Positions 37,860-49,628 of a DNA stretch of 64,000 nt are shown piece after piece. This DNA comes from Batkoa obscura (Eukaryota): the NCBI GenBank assembly GCA_030770535.1, contig JASVEC010000025.1, forward strand, positions 620,001 through 684,000, read 5' to 3'. The notes beneath the pieces are model-generated. The model was given only the letters and a program-made list of their open reading frames with translations. It was not told the DNA's origin and did not search any database. The position numbers and the translations under genes are program-made. Position 1 is the first letter of the stretch, and the number at the start of each line of letters is the position of its first letter.

Positions 37860-38700
37860 AAAATACATATTATCAATTTTATTACTGAGTTGATATTCCT
37901 TTCAACTCTTTATATACTATTCAGCTCAACCATTGCTATTGCTTATTTCATTAATTTTGTTACTAACTATATTAAAAATCATACAAGTATCATGTTTGGT
38001 GAAGAAACTGATAACATTGCCACAGAAGATGCTAGCTGCCTATAGCTTTGCAAAATAATAGGTCAATAAGGCCAGATGAAATAATAGTTGGAAATAATCC
38101 AAATACAATTTATAACAATTTTAAAGTGAATAGTGCAGAAAGTTATAACATTATGATAAAAAAGAGTAACTACGTATTTTTTAATCATAATTACATACTT
38201 CAAGCAGAGTTCAAACCTTTGATGTAGGGTTGTATTTATTATGAGATTGAGTTGATAAACTCCTATAATAATTTTGAACTTTTACCTGGATATGTAGATA
38301 AAAGTACTTTCGAAATTCACAGTAATTAATTGTTATACTAATTTTTTAAATTTTTTAAATTGTAAAAAGAACCACATATACTACTTAATAATGAAATACT
38401 TAGTGTAAATATTTAAAATAAGGTGTATCCAAATACTTTTGCTCATAATCTTGAAAAGGCTTGGCCAGAATTCCCTACTGTCTATAGCACCACAGGTACT
38501 ATAGTAACATATAATTTTAGAAGCCAACCCTTCCTTTATCATCGGGCTAATCAGCTTAAGCTTTGCTTATCAAATAGTTACGTTCGATAAATCCCTCCTT
38601 ATTATGCTGAGGAAGCTGCTGCTAATGATGTTCAAGGAAATGATTCCAATATTATTCAGAAGACCACGCGTGATAATGTTCAAGGACCCCTTCGTAAATG
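37860..38700 (+). pseudogene. TM-SPRY-PPxY paralogue, copy F, pseudogene
   Basis: 5' part resembles copy D (ELIFLSTL); YYEIEL, PTVYSTTGT, QPFLYHRANQLKL, PPYY; several stops and a deletion; boundaries approximate. Confidence 0.7.
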
Positions 38701-39228
38701 CTGATTAAATCCGTTTGACCAAATTTTCGCAAATCTTTGAGCCAAGGCAAGCCTTAAACTATTAAAGTAAGAACTTGAGAAAAAAGTCTGGTTATGGTAG
38801 AGATTAGAGTAAACGTTAACTTGTTGGGACTGAGTTAGGGTTAGGGTTAGTTTATTCTCAAATACGATAGATGTATTGTTTAGCGTGTCTATACTCTACA
38901 TCGCTTTTTAAGCAGTTTAGGAAGATTTAAATTTTGCAATTTCGAGATCTGAAATCTAGGTTGATCCCAAGTCTTCTATACCTTCTTCAAAACTTATAAA
39001 AATTATTTATTATGCTTTGCTTGTATAGGATTGTAGAAGAACATCGTGGTTCACTACTTTTTTATACAAAATAGAGCACACAATAACTATATGTATAAAA
39101 CTTCTATTATCAATATTAGCGTAGACTATTGTTCGTTAAATTAAATGGAATGGAAAGTAAATAACAAAACAAACCATTTTTAAAATATTTAAAAAGATAA
39201 AATTTATTAATTTTATAGATAATGATAA

Positions 39229-40695
39229 TTAAGGTTCATTTATGAATAAATTAACAAAAGGATCAGAATGAGGTAATGGTGGATGACAATGAGTATTCTT
39301 AGCAGTATTCTTCATTTTAATAGTATTTATATTGTAAACAAGTGCTACTTTATTGTTATGTGATTGTTTATTGCTATTTCCTCCATGACTAGGAGTAACA
39401 GGGTTACTATGACTAATGATATTATTCTTTTTGGTATTAGGACTAACAACAGGCGGATATTTATTTGATGGTAAAATAGGGGGTATGGATGAATTAATGT
39501 TATTATTATTATTATTATTATAAGAATATACAGTGTAAGTCAACTTAGTTAACAACTTTAAGATAATAGGATCATTCGATAAGTTTAACAAGTTGAAGTG
39601 GCAATTCAAAATATTAATTTGTTTACTAAATGAAGGATGATTTAGTAATAAGTTGATACAGTTTAAATCTTTCATCTGAATCGCTATATGGAATGGCGTG
39701 AATGAATTATAATTCAATTGATTGATATTGAATAAATTTAACTTTAGAAAATAATTCAATAGCTTATTTAATTGATATCTACAACATAAATGAATCAATG
39801 TGTCCCCATTTTTATAATTCATGTATTTATTTAACTGATTAATTATACTTGGTTGCTCACTTATTAATTGTTTAATAAATAATATATCCTTACTTTTAAT
39901 TGAATTTGTTAATAAAGTATTATTGTCAAATTGTACCTTTTTCTTGACTTTGATGCTATTAATACTGCTATTTAAGTTATTGTTATTACTACTATACTTT
40001 AAAATAGATTTGGATGAACTTAATGATGTATTTGATGAATTATTGCTGCTCATGGTGTTATTATTATTTATATTATTATTTATTAATTTGATTAAAAATT
40101 GCTCTTTATTTTTCAATGCAAAGTAATTCTTTTGCTCACTTAAATTAAAAAATAAATTACGTAGGTCGTTATTATCAACACAATCTACTGGCGTGTATTT
40201 TAGACAATTCTTTAAGTTAGGATTGGAGCCTAATTTTAACAACAGCTCTACTAAATCTAACATTGTAAAAAAAGAGGCATAATGTAAAATGGTATTCTTA
40301 TCAAAGCATTGGTAAAACACTAATTGTAATAAGAAATCGTCTAAATCTAAGTATAGCACTGAATTATAATACTGGAATAATTTAATTAAATACTTTATAA
40401 AATAAATGATTAATTCTTCTTCTTCTTCTTCTAATTGTAATATCATAAATTGAATCAAGTTTAAATCCTTAAAGTTTAGTCCTAAAAATATTTGAGCATC
40501 CTTAATATGTTCCTTTGGGAATTGTTTCTTCAATTGTTCACTTTGGTTAATCTTGTAGTTCAATATAGTGTAAATACTTCCGTTAACGTCCTTTTCAATG
40601 AAATTTTGTATTTTATCCATAGTTATATCTTCGTCGGTAATCATATCAATCAAGCACTCCCCAATCTCCTGCATATTTAACTCCAAGTTCCTCAT
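39229..40695 (-). CDS. Ankyrin-repeat protein with RVxF-type motif (possible PP1 regulatory subunit)
   Basis: TILHYAS..LLLKLGSNPN, GDTLIHLCC and FTPFHIAI ankyrin motifs; KKKVQFD precedes the second ankyrin block. Confidence 0.7.
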   Translation of the reverse strand: MRNLELNMQEIGECLIDMITDEDITMDKIQNFIEKDVNGSIYTILNYKINQSEQLKKQFPKEHIKDAQIFLGLNFKDLNLIQFMILQLEEEEEELIIYFIKYLIKLFQYYNSVLYLDLDDFLLQLVFYQCFDKNTILHYASFFTMLDLVELLLKLGSNPNLKNCLKYTPVDCVDNNDLRNLFFNLSEQKNYFALKNKEQFLIKLINNNINNNNTMSSNNSSNTSLSSSKSILKYSSNNNNLNSSINSIKVKKKVQFDNNTLLTNSIKSKDILFIKQLISEQPSIINQLNKYMNYKNGDTLIHLCCRYQLNKLLNYFLKLNLFNINQLNYNSFTPFHIAIQMKDLNCINLLLNHPSFSKQINILNCHFNLLNLSNDPIILKLLTKLTYTVYSYNNNNNNNINSSIPPILPSNKYPPVVSPNTKKNNIISHSNPVTPSHGGNSNKQSHNNKVALVYNINTIKMKNTAKNTHCHPPLPHSDPFVNLFINEP

Positions 40696-42854
40696 AGTGA
40701 ATTTAATAACAAAAGAAATAAAGAAAGATACTTTTAATTTCTAATTTAATAATACAGTAATATTATTATTTTAAATATTCAAAACAAAGGAAATTTTTAA
40801 TATTAATATCATTATTTAATTGACTTGTTTTTTTCAGTTGCTACCTTTTCTTTGCTATCCTATTTAACGATCTGTTATACTCCAAATTTATACCAAATTT
40901 AATTTTAACCTTTGACTTTTACTTTTTTTCTGTTGTTTTATTTCCCCAACCTGATTTTTTATTTAAAACTACTCATTAAAAGCCATCCTTCTTAACGTTA
41001 TTCTTTTTTTTAGCTGTTACTATCATTTTTACAACTGTAATCTCAATCTTTAGTTGTTTGAATGATTTGAAATTAATTTGCTTTTTTAGTCATTTTTTTC
41101 ATGTTATTTCGCTCCTTTTTATTAGCCGATTTTAACGAATCAATGTCGTTTTTTTAATATAAAATACACGTTAGTAGAGATAATATTGAACTAATATGCT
41201 GATATAAATAATTATGTACATCAAAAATAATATTGTATACTCTTATTTATCATATTAAAGAGAGTCCTTTGTATTACATTAAATAAATGTCATAATTATT
41301 TTACGTATCATAAAATTTTCAAAGATTTGCTTTTGTACTTTCAAAGATAGCAATTCTTTAAAAATCTCGAACCCAAATTGGGCAAGTGCTAAATAAAATG
41401 ATTTTAAAAAAATCGAAAATTAATAAAAATTATTTTAAGTTATGTTAATCTAGTTAGCTAAAAAGAAAAGCGGAAGAAACACTCTTACTTGTGGTCTCTA
41501 TTTCCACTCCCTTGATTTCTTAATTGTTTATTTTATTAATAGACACTTCGAAGCCTTAATACTCTTTCAGAATATATAAAAACCAATAAATAAAAATTAC
41601 ATATATTAAATGTGTCTTAGATTATTTATATTATATGTTGTTTTAAAAAAACATATAGGCCTCAAATTTATTGAAAAGATACAACTATTGCTTTATTTAT
41701 GTAGCTTATTAAAAATCTTTGTTTACAAATATTATTAAAAACAGACTAATTTAAATATTTTGTAAAAAGTTAAAAAATGTAATTAGCCAACTACCTAATC
41801 TCTTTTTACAACTTTCAAAATAGTCATGTATTGCAATAAACAAAAATATTTACCATCACACTTAAATTAAAAAATTAGTTATGAAGATAACCTATAGCTC
41901 GTATAGATTAATAATATAAAACCTAGTATAATTTAAACATCTACCACTTTGGTTTGTTTTATTAGAGTTATAAACGTTTAAATTTTATAAAGAGATTTTT
42001 ATAAAACTCACTACATATTATAAAGCGACTTTTGACTTTACCTAGATATTTTGGGTTTAAACTAAATTTCATGCTCAATAACATTGTTAATTTTTCTATA
42101 GAGATATTAGACAATTTCAAATCTAAATATGTGTAAAGGCATTATTCACCTCAACGATCCAGTTTTGCATTCCAATATCATTATGAAAAATTTAAGTTAT
42201 TATAGCTATGGCACAAGGAAAATTTCTTTTAAGAGCTTTATCCTAGCTAACCATGTGTAAGCAGAATTCTTCAACATTATCAACTGGACACTGAATACAA
42301 CTGCATTAAACTCAAAATCCCCAAACAATTATGTTATTCTTTCATTGTATGATCTGATTTCGACGATTTTTGGTCTACTTTTATAATTTCCAATAGCTGA
42401 CTCCATCATTGTAATAATGCTGCTTTATAGGCTATATTAAGCCTAATTAGAGATTTAAATTTGATCCAAAAGTGATCCAAAGAAGTTAAAGTTAATAATG
42501 GGATTTTAACTTTTTACTTAGAATGAATTGATAATAAAATGGCCAATCAATTATTTGCAATATTTTAAAGGTGGCTCCATTCGCTCAAAGGGCTGAGGTA
42601 TTTCCCGGTAGTGGCCAATAATACGAAGCTTATGCTATTTTCGTCAGTTATGATTAGTCAATTAAAAGCATAATTTTATACCTTAATATTATTTGATCAG
42701 AGATAATCGAGCAGATAAGACTAATAAAAAATTCATTTTAAATTGTAAACTTTAGAATTAAGTTGTTAGCTTCTTCGGTAAGCATAAACTTTTACTTAAA
42801 TACAACAATTACTAATGAATAAATAAAGGTTAATTCAACAACAGTATAAAAAAG

Positions 42855-43356
42855 ATGAATTTCGTAAAAGTAGTTACCGAGTCCAAATTATTTACTTCAA
42901 TCTTAAAGCCTTTTGCTAACATTTATCCAGATATTTCAGGATATCGTAGATATGGTAATTCAATTGCTAATTTATTTAAATAGAATTAAGTAATGCAAAA
43001 ATATTAAAGGATTAAAATATGACGATTTAATTGTTGAAGAAAATGATGTTGTCAAAGAAGCTTTAAGACGTTTACCAGCTAAACAAGCTTCAGACCGTGC
43101 TTATCGTCTCAGAGTTGCCTTCGGACTTTCAACTGCTAAAGCTGAACTCCCAAGAGACCAATGGACAAAGCCAAGTGAGGTAAAGATTTTTTTTCAACAT
43201 TCCTGAAAATTACAGAACTCTAAGAAGAGCATGAAGAAAAAGAAACATTACTCATTTTATTTTGCTTAGGATGAACCTTACCTTTTACCAATTATCGAAG
43301 AAGTTGAAAAGGAGTTTAAAGAAAGAGAGCAATTTGATACCCTCAAGGGACGTTAA
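42855..43356 (+). CDS. QCR7: Cytochrome bc1 complex subunit 7 (14 kDa), three exons; absent from the ORF track
   Basis: Spliced: [29 protein letters not shown]...DRAYRLRVA...LPRDQWTKPSEDEPYLLPII. Confidence 0.92.
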
Positions 43357-43799
43357 GTCAAAGCTTTATTTTTAAAATAGTTAAAAATAAATTTTAATTT
43401 TAAAAATGTCGATTGCTATTTTAGAACGAACTTTCACCAAAATTAAAATTATTTTAAGGAAATAAAACTAATAAACAGAAGCATGTTTTTTAAAGCTACA
43501 TTTAATCTATATTGAAGTTTGATTTTAATATTTTTGTTTCAATAATGTAAAAAAATAAGTAGAATAACTAAGAGCAGCAGTCTATAAAATTATATAAATT
43601 GGTGAAGACCAAACATTAAGATTTGCTGTCATTATTACATCACATTCTTTTTAATAAGTTGACATATACCCTGATTCATAATCGACTATTAATATTGTCT
43701 ATCTATTACACTTCTGGTTTTAATCTTTTGACTTTCAATTCTAAAAATGAAAACTATGCAATTTAAATATTATTTAAAAATTCAAATTTTACCAAACTA

Positions 43800-43894
43800 G
43801 CTCCTGTAGCAAAGTGGTTTAATGCGTCGTGCTTATAATTTAAAGTTATACTTAAGACACGCGAAGGTCGCGGGTTCGAACCCCGCCAGGAGCA
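43800..43894 (+). tRNA. tRNA-Ile(UAU) with a ~21-nt intron (43838-43858)
   Basis: GCTCCTG/CAGGAGC acceptor stem, D-arm AGTGGT, anticodon loop CTTATA plus intron, GGTTCGAAC T-arm, poly-T terminator. Confidence 0.9.
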
Positions 43895-43942
43895 TTTTTT
43901 TACACATTTAGATAAATATATAATCAATGCTGATGCGAAAAA

Positions 43943-45850
43943 CTATTTATTTTTTAATTGATTTTGGAGTTCTTTAATCTGATTAGAGATGGGCTCAAAT
44001 TTAGTAGGGTAGCTATTCCAATGTTTATTTACATTAGCTTTGAGTTGGTCAAACGTCAACCATTGTTTATCTATTTTAGTGCCATTATAAACTAATTTCA
44101 ACGAATCATTAGCCTTATACTTCTGCTCGTATTCTACTTGATCTTCTGGTTTAGGATATACTTTAGGCAACTAATAATTTATTTAGTTCAAAATCAGCTC
44201 AATAAAATATAAAATTACGTTATCAGAATCGGGGAGCACCATAAATTGCCCAGGCAACGAAAACTTACTTGTATCTGTTTTCGGTAACTTGGCTATTAAT
44301 CTTACTGAATCATCTTTTTCCTTAATGTAGCTCAGTTTGGTAGCAAAACTCATAGTGTCTCTGTTAAGTTTCTATCATATTAATGTGTTTATGTAAAGTA
44401 AGAATAATTGCTAAACTTACTTGTAGTAACCCACCTCCCATGCCAAACGCTATATTTTCACTAGAGTAGCCAGCTTCTAGTACAGCATCTAATATCTTTT
44501 CCAACACAATTATATCAATACCGTCGCCTTGAATCACCCCACAGCCATTCAACACCTTTTATACTTGTTAGCTTGTTTTTTAAAATTTATTCTAACACCA
44601 TAAACTTACTTTATAACCCTTACTGTTTACTGTAGAACCAAAAACTTGATCACCAGCACTATAAAAAAATTAGATCATTAAAGATAAGATCAAAAGAAAA
44701 TTTACTTTAAAGCCATTAAAACTGTTTTGATTGGGTCTCCAGAATCTGGTCTTAAGACCATAAACCCCCCTTTGCCTACTTTTTCACTTGCTATCTCTGG
44801 TAATATTTTTTCCAACGCTGCTTTGTAATCATACGAATCCATCACACAGGCAAATACCCCACTTCCGAATTTCTCTATCATTTTTAAGATGGCTTGCTAA
44901 ATTAACGTTAGTATACTGTTTAAATGAATATCGTTTCAACCTACTTTCTCATTAGGATGACTGGTCATGACCGAGTGCTCTGTTGCTGGTATTGAGCTTG
45001 CTATTGGAGCCCCATTGTTCCAGTTAAATTGGCCATAATAGGCGGCTGATAAAGTATCAGAACCTTCGAAATTTAACTAAAATAAAAATAAAAACAGCAA
45101 AATAAAAATTATAAAATAAATTACCAGATGAGCCATGCCACCCAAGATACTTTGCTCTACTGAAGTGCAGCCTCGGAATCCAAAATCATGTAATCTTGAA
45201 TTTATTAAAAAGTATTTTTCTTTATCAACGCTTTTTTCAAAACTTTTTTCGATAATCGTTTTACACTGCCTTGATAAAGTTGCTACTGTACATGGGTACT
45301 TTTAATTGTTATTGTTAATTACATATAAACCATAATACTTCTAACTAAAACTTACCCAAACCATTGTTAATAAAGCTTCCAAATAAGTGATCAGTCCAGA
45401 ATAAGGTTCTTCTGCCACCATAACTATAACTGGTACATGAGGATAAACAACAGTGCCTTCTTCTAAGGCATAAATAGAAATTGGAAAATAACCATTGTTT
45501 TCATTGATCATCTTTAAAAACAATTCTTCAGAGAATGGAAACTTTGTAAACCCAGCGTTATGGGTTTCAAAAAATCTTTTGCTTTTCTCCAAATCTTCCA
45601 AAGTCCATTGCTTATTTATATAGTTCTCTATAAAATATCTCAAACCAAAGAACACGATCCTTTCATCTGAACCTTTATTATAACTCTGTCGAAATGAGCT
45701 ATAGGCTACCATCTTTATATTGACTATTAAATGGAGTTTAATATTATTTAAAAATCTTTTTACCTTCTTTGAATCTGGGAATAGATAGGGATGAGATAAC
45801 TTGTAACTATCTGTTAGTAAGAATATTGGTATTCCAAACGGGCCGCTCAT
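43943..45850 (-). CDS. NAMPT: Nicotinamide phosphoribosyltransferase (NAMPT/NadV type), multi-exon
   Basis: LLTDSYKLSH, RLHDFGFRG, GSDT, SIPATEHS, LRPDSGDP, VIQGDGI and FGMGGGLLQ across exons; likely start MSGPFG at 45850. Confidence 0.88.
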
Positions 45851-46967
45851 TCTGTGTATTTGTGTATTGTAATAAAAAATCTTTTTGATTTTTAACTTTA
45901 AATTGGTTTTGATGATGTAAGTTGTATTATTCGAATTTTTAGCCAATTATATAGGCATAAACTGTTACTTGCTATTATTGCTATTTAATTGAATAAATAT
46001 CATATTTGTTATATGCTATATTTACTCTCAATTATAATAAAGCTATATTAAATATTAAAACGGGTAAAACTATTACCAATTTTAAAGTATGAGATATTAG
46101 TTTTATATAAATTTTAAAATTATTTTCTAGTTTTTTATCACTATGAACCAAAAATTTTATCTACTAATCCAATTATCATTAGTAATTAAAAAATCTATTT
46201 AATACAATCATACACTATTTTATTATTTATTTAATTTAGCCTAAAGGTTTGTGTGTGAAATCAAACCTATTTTCCTTTCATTTTATAAGATATTTTTTCG
46301 CAAAAATAACAGTGAGGTTTAACTTAAATAGTCACCCTCTTTACTTAAATTGTCTAATAAATGAGTTTAAATTATTTAAAAACTTGTTTTTATTTCGAGT
46401 ATTATAATAATGAGCTCATATATTTTGGTTTACCGGAAATTATTTTGTTTTATTGTAAATTAATTTTAATTTAATGATACCCCTCCTCATTCTTTTACTC
46501 ATTTCTTTTTATGAGTGTACTAAAGGAACACAATGTAATATGAATAGTACTAAATCCATGCTTGGTAATCCACCAAAAACAATATAAAATAAACAAAATA
46601 TTAGAAGCGCAGTATAGATATATTACGATGTAAATAAAGGAGTTACCTGGGGTGAAACCTGAAACCAAACGAACTAGAATAAATTTTAAGTCAAAGTATA
46701 TTTAATGCTTTATTGGACTTCGCCTTCAAAATAAACCAATAAAACTAAAAATAGTCATAAACTGAGCTAAAAATATAACAGAGGTTTATTTTTCAAAGAA
46801 CTAATGAAAAAGCCTTTTATCCCTTCAATTAACATCCCTTAATTTCAAAAAAAAATAACAATGTGGAGTAAACCAACTTCATGTAAAGCAGAAAAATATA
46901 ACTTTATTATACTAAAACAACACTAATAATAAAATAAAAAACTATTCAGATCCTATACTATCAGCCC

Positions 46968-47549
46968 TTAAGCAACTTTCGCACCAGCTTCTGTGCTCTC
47001 TTCCAACTTTGCTTTAGTAAATTGATGCCTTTTACTCTGTACATGTTGATTATAATTCTCCAACCGTTTAAACGATACAAAACATATTTTACATGAATAT
47101 GGCTTTGTCCCTGAATGCTCTTTAATATGGCGTGTTAGGTGCACTTTTTGTTTAAATGATTTATCGCATAAATGACATGTATATCTTTTTTCATTGTTAA
47201 CGATGACTGTTGTTGAAGTATCCCTGAGTTTCGCGCCTAGAGGAGCACCTGGAGTCACTGTATTTGGTTTGGTAGGAGTAAGCAAGGGACTTGGCGGGGG
47301 AGGAATAGGATTATCAATATTATCATCTATATCATCTAACTTTAAACGGATGGGGTAACACCAACGTTCGTAATGGGTATACACCAACTCGTCGTTATTT
47401 TTTTGAAAATTTTTACTAAAGTGTTTTTTAATGTTGTGCCAGTTGAAGGATTTTTCAGTTTGAAAGTATTTGTTACATTTGCCACAAAACAAACGTGCGC
47501 TACCACTAATGCCTATCGTTCTATTCTCCATCCTTAAACTATTATGCAT
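46968..47549 (-). CDS. C2H2 zinc-finger transcription factor
   Basis: Three C2H2 motifs, including YTCHLCDKSF..HIKEHSGTKPYSCKIC. Confidence 0.85.
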   Translation of the reverse strand: MHNSLRMENRTIGISGSARLFCGKCNKYFQTEKSFNWHNIKKHFSKNFQKNNDELVYTHYERWCYPIRLKLDDIDDNIDNPIPPPPSPLLTPTKPNTVTPGAPLGAKLRDTSTTVIVNNEKRYTCHLCDKSFKQKVHLTRHIKEHSGTKPYSCKICFVSFKRLENYNQHVQSKRHQFTKAKLEESTEAGAKVA

Positions 47550-47583
47550 CTAAAAAGTGACAAGCTCGAAGCTAAGCCTCTGG

Positions 47584-47714
47584 TTTATATACCTCAAATT
47601 TTTAGAGCTTACTTTTGATTGGCGCTTGGAAGCTTAATTAGTTTTTACTGATGATGATTGGCCCAGTTATCCCTGAATTCTTTAAGGGATTGGCTTAGAT
47701 CTGCTTGATCCAAT
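47584..47714 (-). promoter_or_regulatory. Putative promoter of the C2H2 gene: TATA box plus four CCAAT boxes
   Basis: TATATAAA (minus strand) at 47584-47591; ATTGG at 47618, 47657 and 47689; CCAAT at 47710. Confidence 0.45.
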
Positions 47715-49628
47715 CGGAACTTTCTAAGCCATTTGTTTAGAACTCGAACTCATATATATTAGAAATACAGAGATTTGAAATATTTATTGTTGTAGTCTAT
47801 TACAGTATATTCTGTAACCAAATATAAGACTCGCTTTCTAAAATTATTTATATTTGTATGAACAGTTATGTCTATTTTCGAACGATAGTAGAATTTTAAC
47901 AATTTTAAGTCTATTTCTATACACCTATCAATTAGAAGTTGTTTTAAAAACATCATTTTGATTTGAATGATTTATTTTGTATGCTATTTTTAACCTTACC
48001 TTAAATATCTTATAAATCAATATTAAAGATATTCTTCAAATCGTAGTATTGTTTTAATTGTTAATATTCATTTTTATGGTTTTAACACTATAGCAAGTTG
48101 TCATTAGAAGTTAAATTAAAACCAATGCTATAATGTTAACTGTGCTATTTTTTAAATAACTTTAATTTATTAATTTAAAGAGACAATCTTATTGACTCGT
48201 TACTTAAATTGATATCTGAATATATATCACTAAGATTGATCTATACAATTTTAAATTAGAAATTAGCTTAATATTTGTAATTATTTGAAATTGAGGTATA
48301 ATCGTTGTCTAATTTGAATTATGTTTATAATCAATTTTTTTTATTTCCAGAGGATTTTAACCCAAGTTTATAATCCATAAGTTTAAAATAATAAAAATAT
48401 AATGTTATCTTATAAGTATAAAGAATACTTCAAAATGACGTGTCTAAAATTTGTTATAAAAATAATTTATTTCACTAATCCTTCATATACATGACTCAAA
48501 TCTATTATTTTTTTAAAAATATTAATTTCTACCTAAAAAGCTACAGGTATTTTATTATTCAAATAAAAAATCAAATGACGAAATTCAAAGGGATAAATTT
48601 AATCAATTGATTATTAATGCTTTAAAAATTAAAAATAAAAAGGCTTAAGCGCTTTATTGGTTAAAGTAAAAAGGTAAAAAGTACTGAGAAATTATAAGGG
48701 ATAAATTTAAAGATATAGTACACAAGCTCGTTAAAACAGAATTTCTATAAAGGAGTTATATCTGCAATTCTCTAATACATCTTATACTCCAAAAAACTTT
48801 AAAGAATTCTAGTAGTGTAAATAGACATGTTTTGTTAAAAAAATTTATAGTTTAAAATAATAAAATCAAAACTTGGCCTATAAAAGTATAGTTTACTTCT
48901 CTACCCAGTAATATTCATTACTCCAATAACTTGGTACAAAAAGTCTGATTTACAAATAAGAATTTGAATATATTAATATAATATGGGATTTGAATGTTAC
49001 GTTTTAACACTTATTGGTAAGCACCAAATATATATAAGTAACTATAATTACTAAAGTTAAATTGAGTTGTTTTATAGTATAAATAAACAAAAGAATAATG
49101 GGAATACCCATAAATTACCTTAATTTCAATTTGTTATCTTAGGTACTTTAATAATTGATGGGAACTAAATAATAACAAATCAAATTTTGGGTAGAATATC
49201 AACTCGAGAATTAAATTAAATTAAAAAACAAAAGGATGGTATAAATATAAATTTAAAACTCAAAAGATAGCTTTTATTTACAGCGTAATATTATTTGTTA
49301 AAACAACCAGTCTACAATTAATTAAGTTCACAGTTTAATTCACTTTTATTACTATATCTGTCATATATTTCATAATTTTGTTCCAAAATTAAAGATTATG
49401 GGTTAATAGAAAAATTAAAATTAGAGTCAAAGAATGGAATTTCCATTTGTAGGAGCATCCCTGGTAAAAAATAGGGATTAAAAAGGGAATTGAATTAACA
49501 ATCTCAATCTACCATAGCCATGTAAGTAACATTAAATAATAAATTGTGATGAACTCAAATGATTAAAAGAACACTAATAGGTATCAAGATGGAATTTTTC
49601 AAGCTTTTTTATCTTCTTATTTTACATA

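Noticed and set aside
38835..38850. TTAGGG-like repeats (also CCCTAA-like at ~18220 and ~20234)
   Set aside because: Only 2-3 imperfect units, too short to call interstitial telomeric arrays.
42560..42660. Minus-strand CTGACGA...GAAA, hammerhead-like
   Set aside because: No pairing stems II/III could be built around the core.
46640..46660. TTACCTGG resembling the U1 snRNA 5' end
   Set aside because: No ATAC prefix or downstream U1 structure is recognisable.
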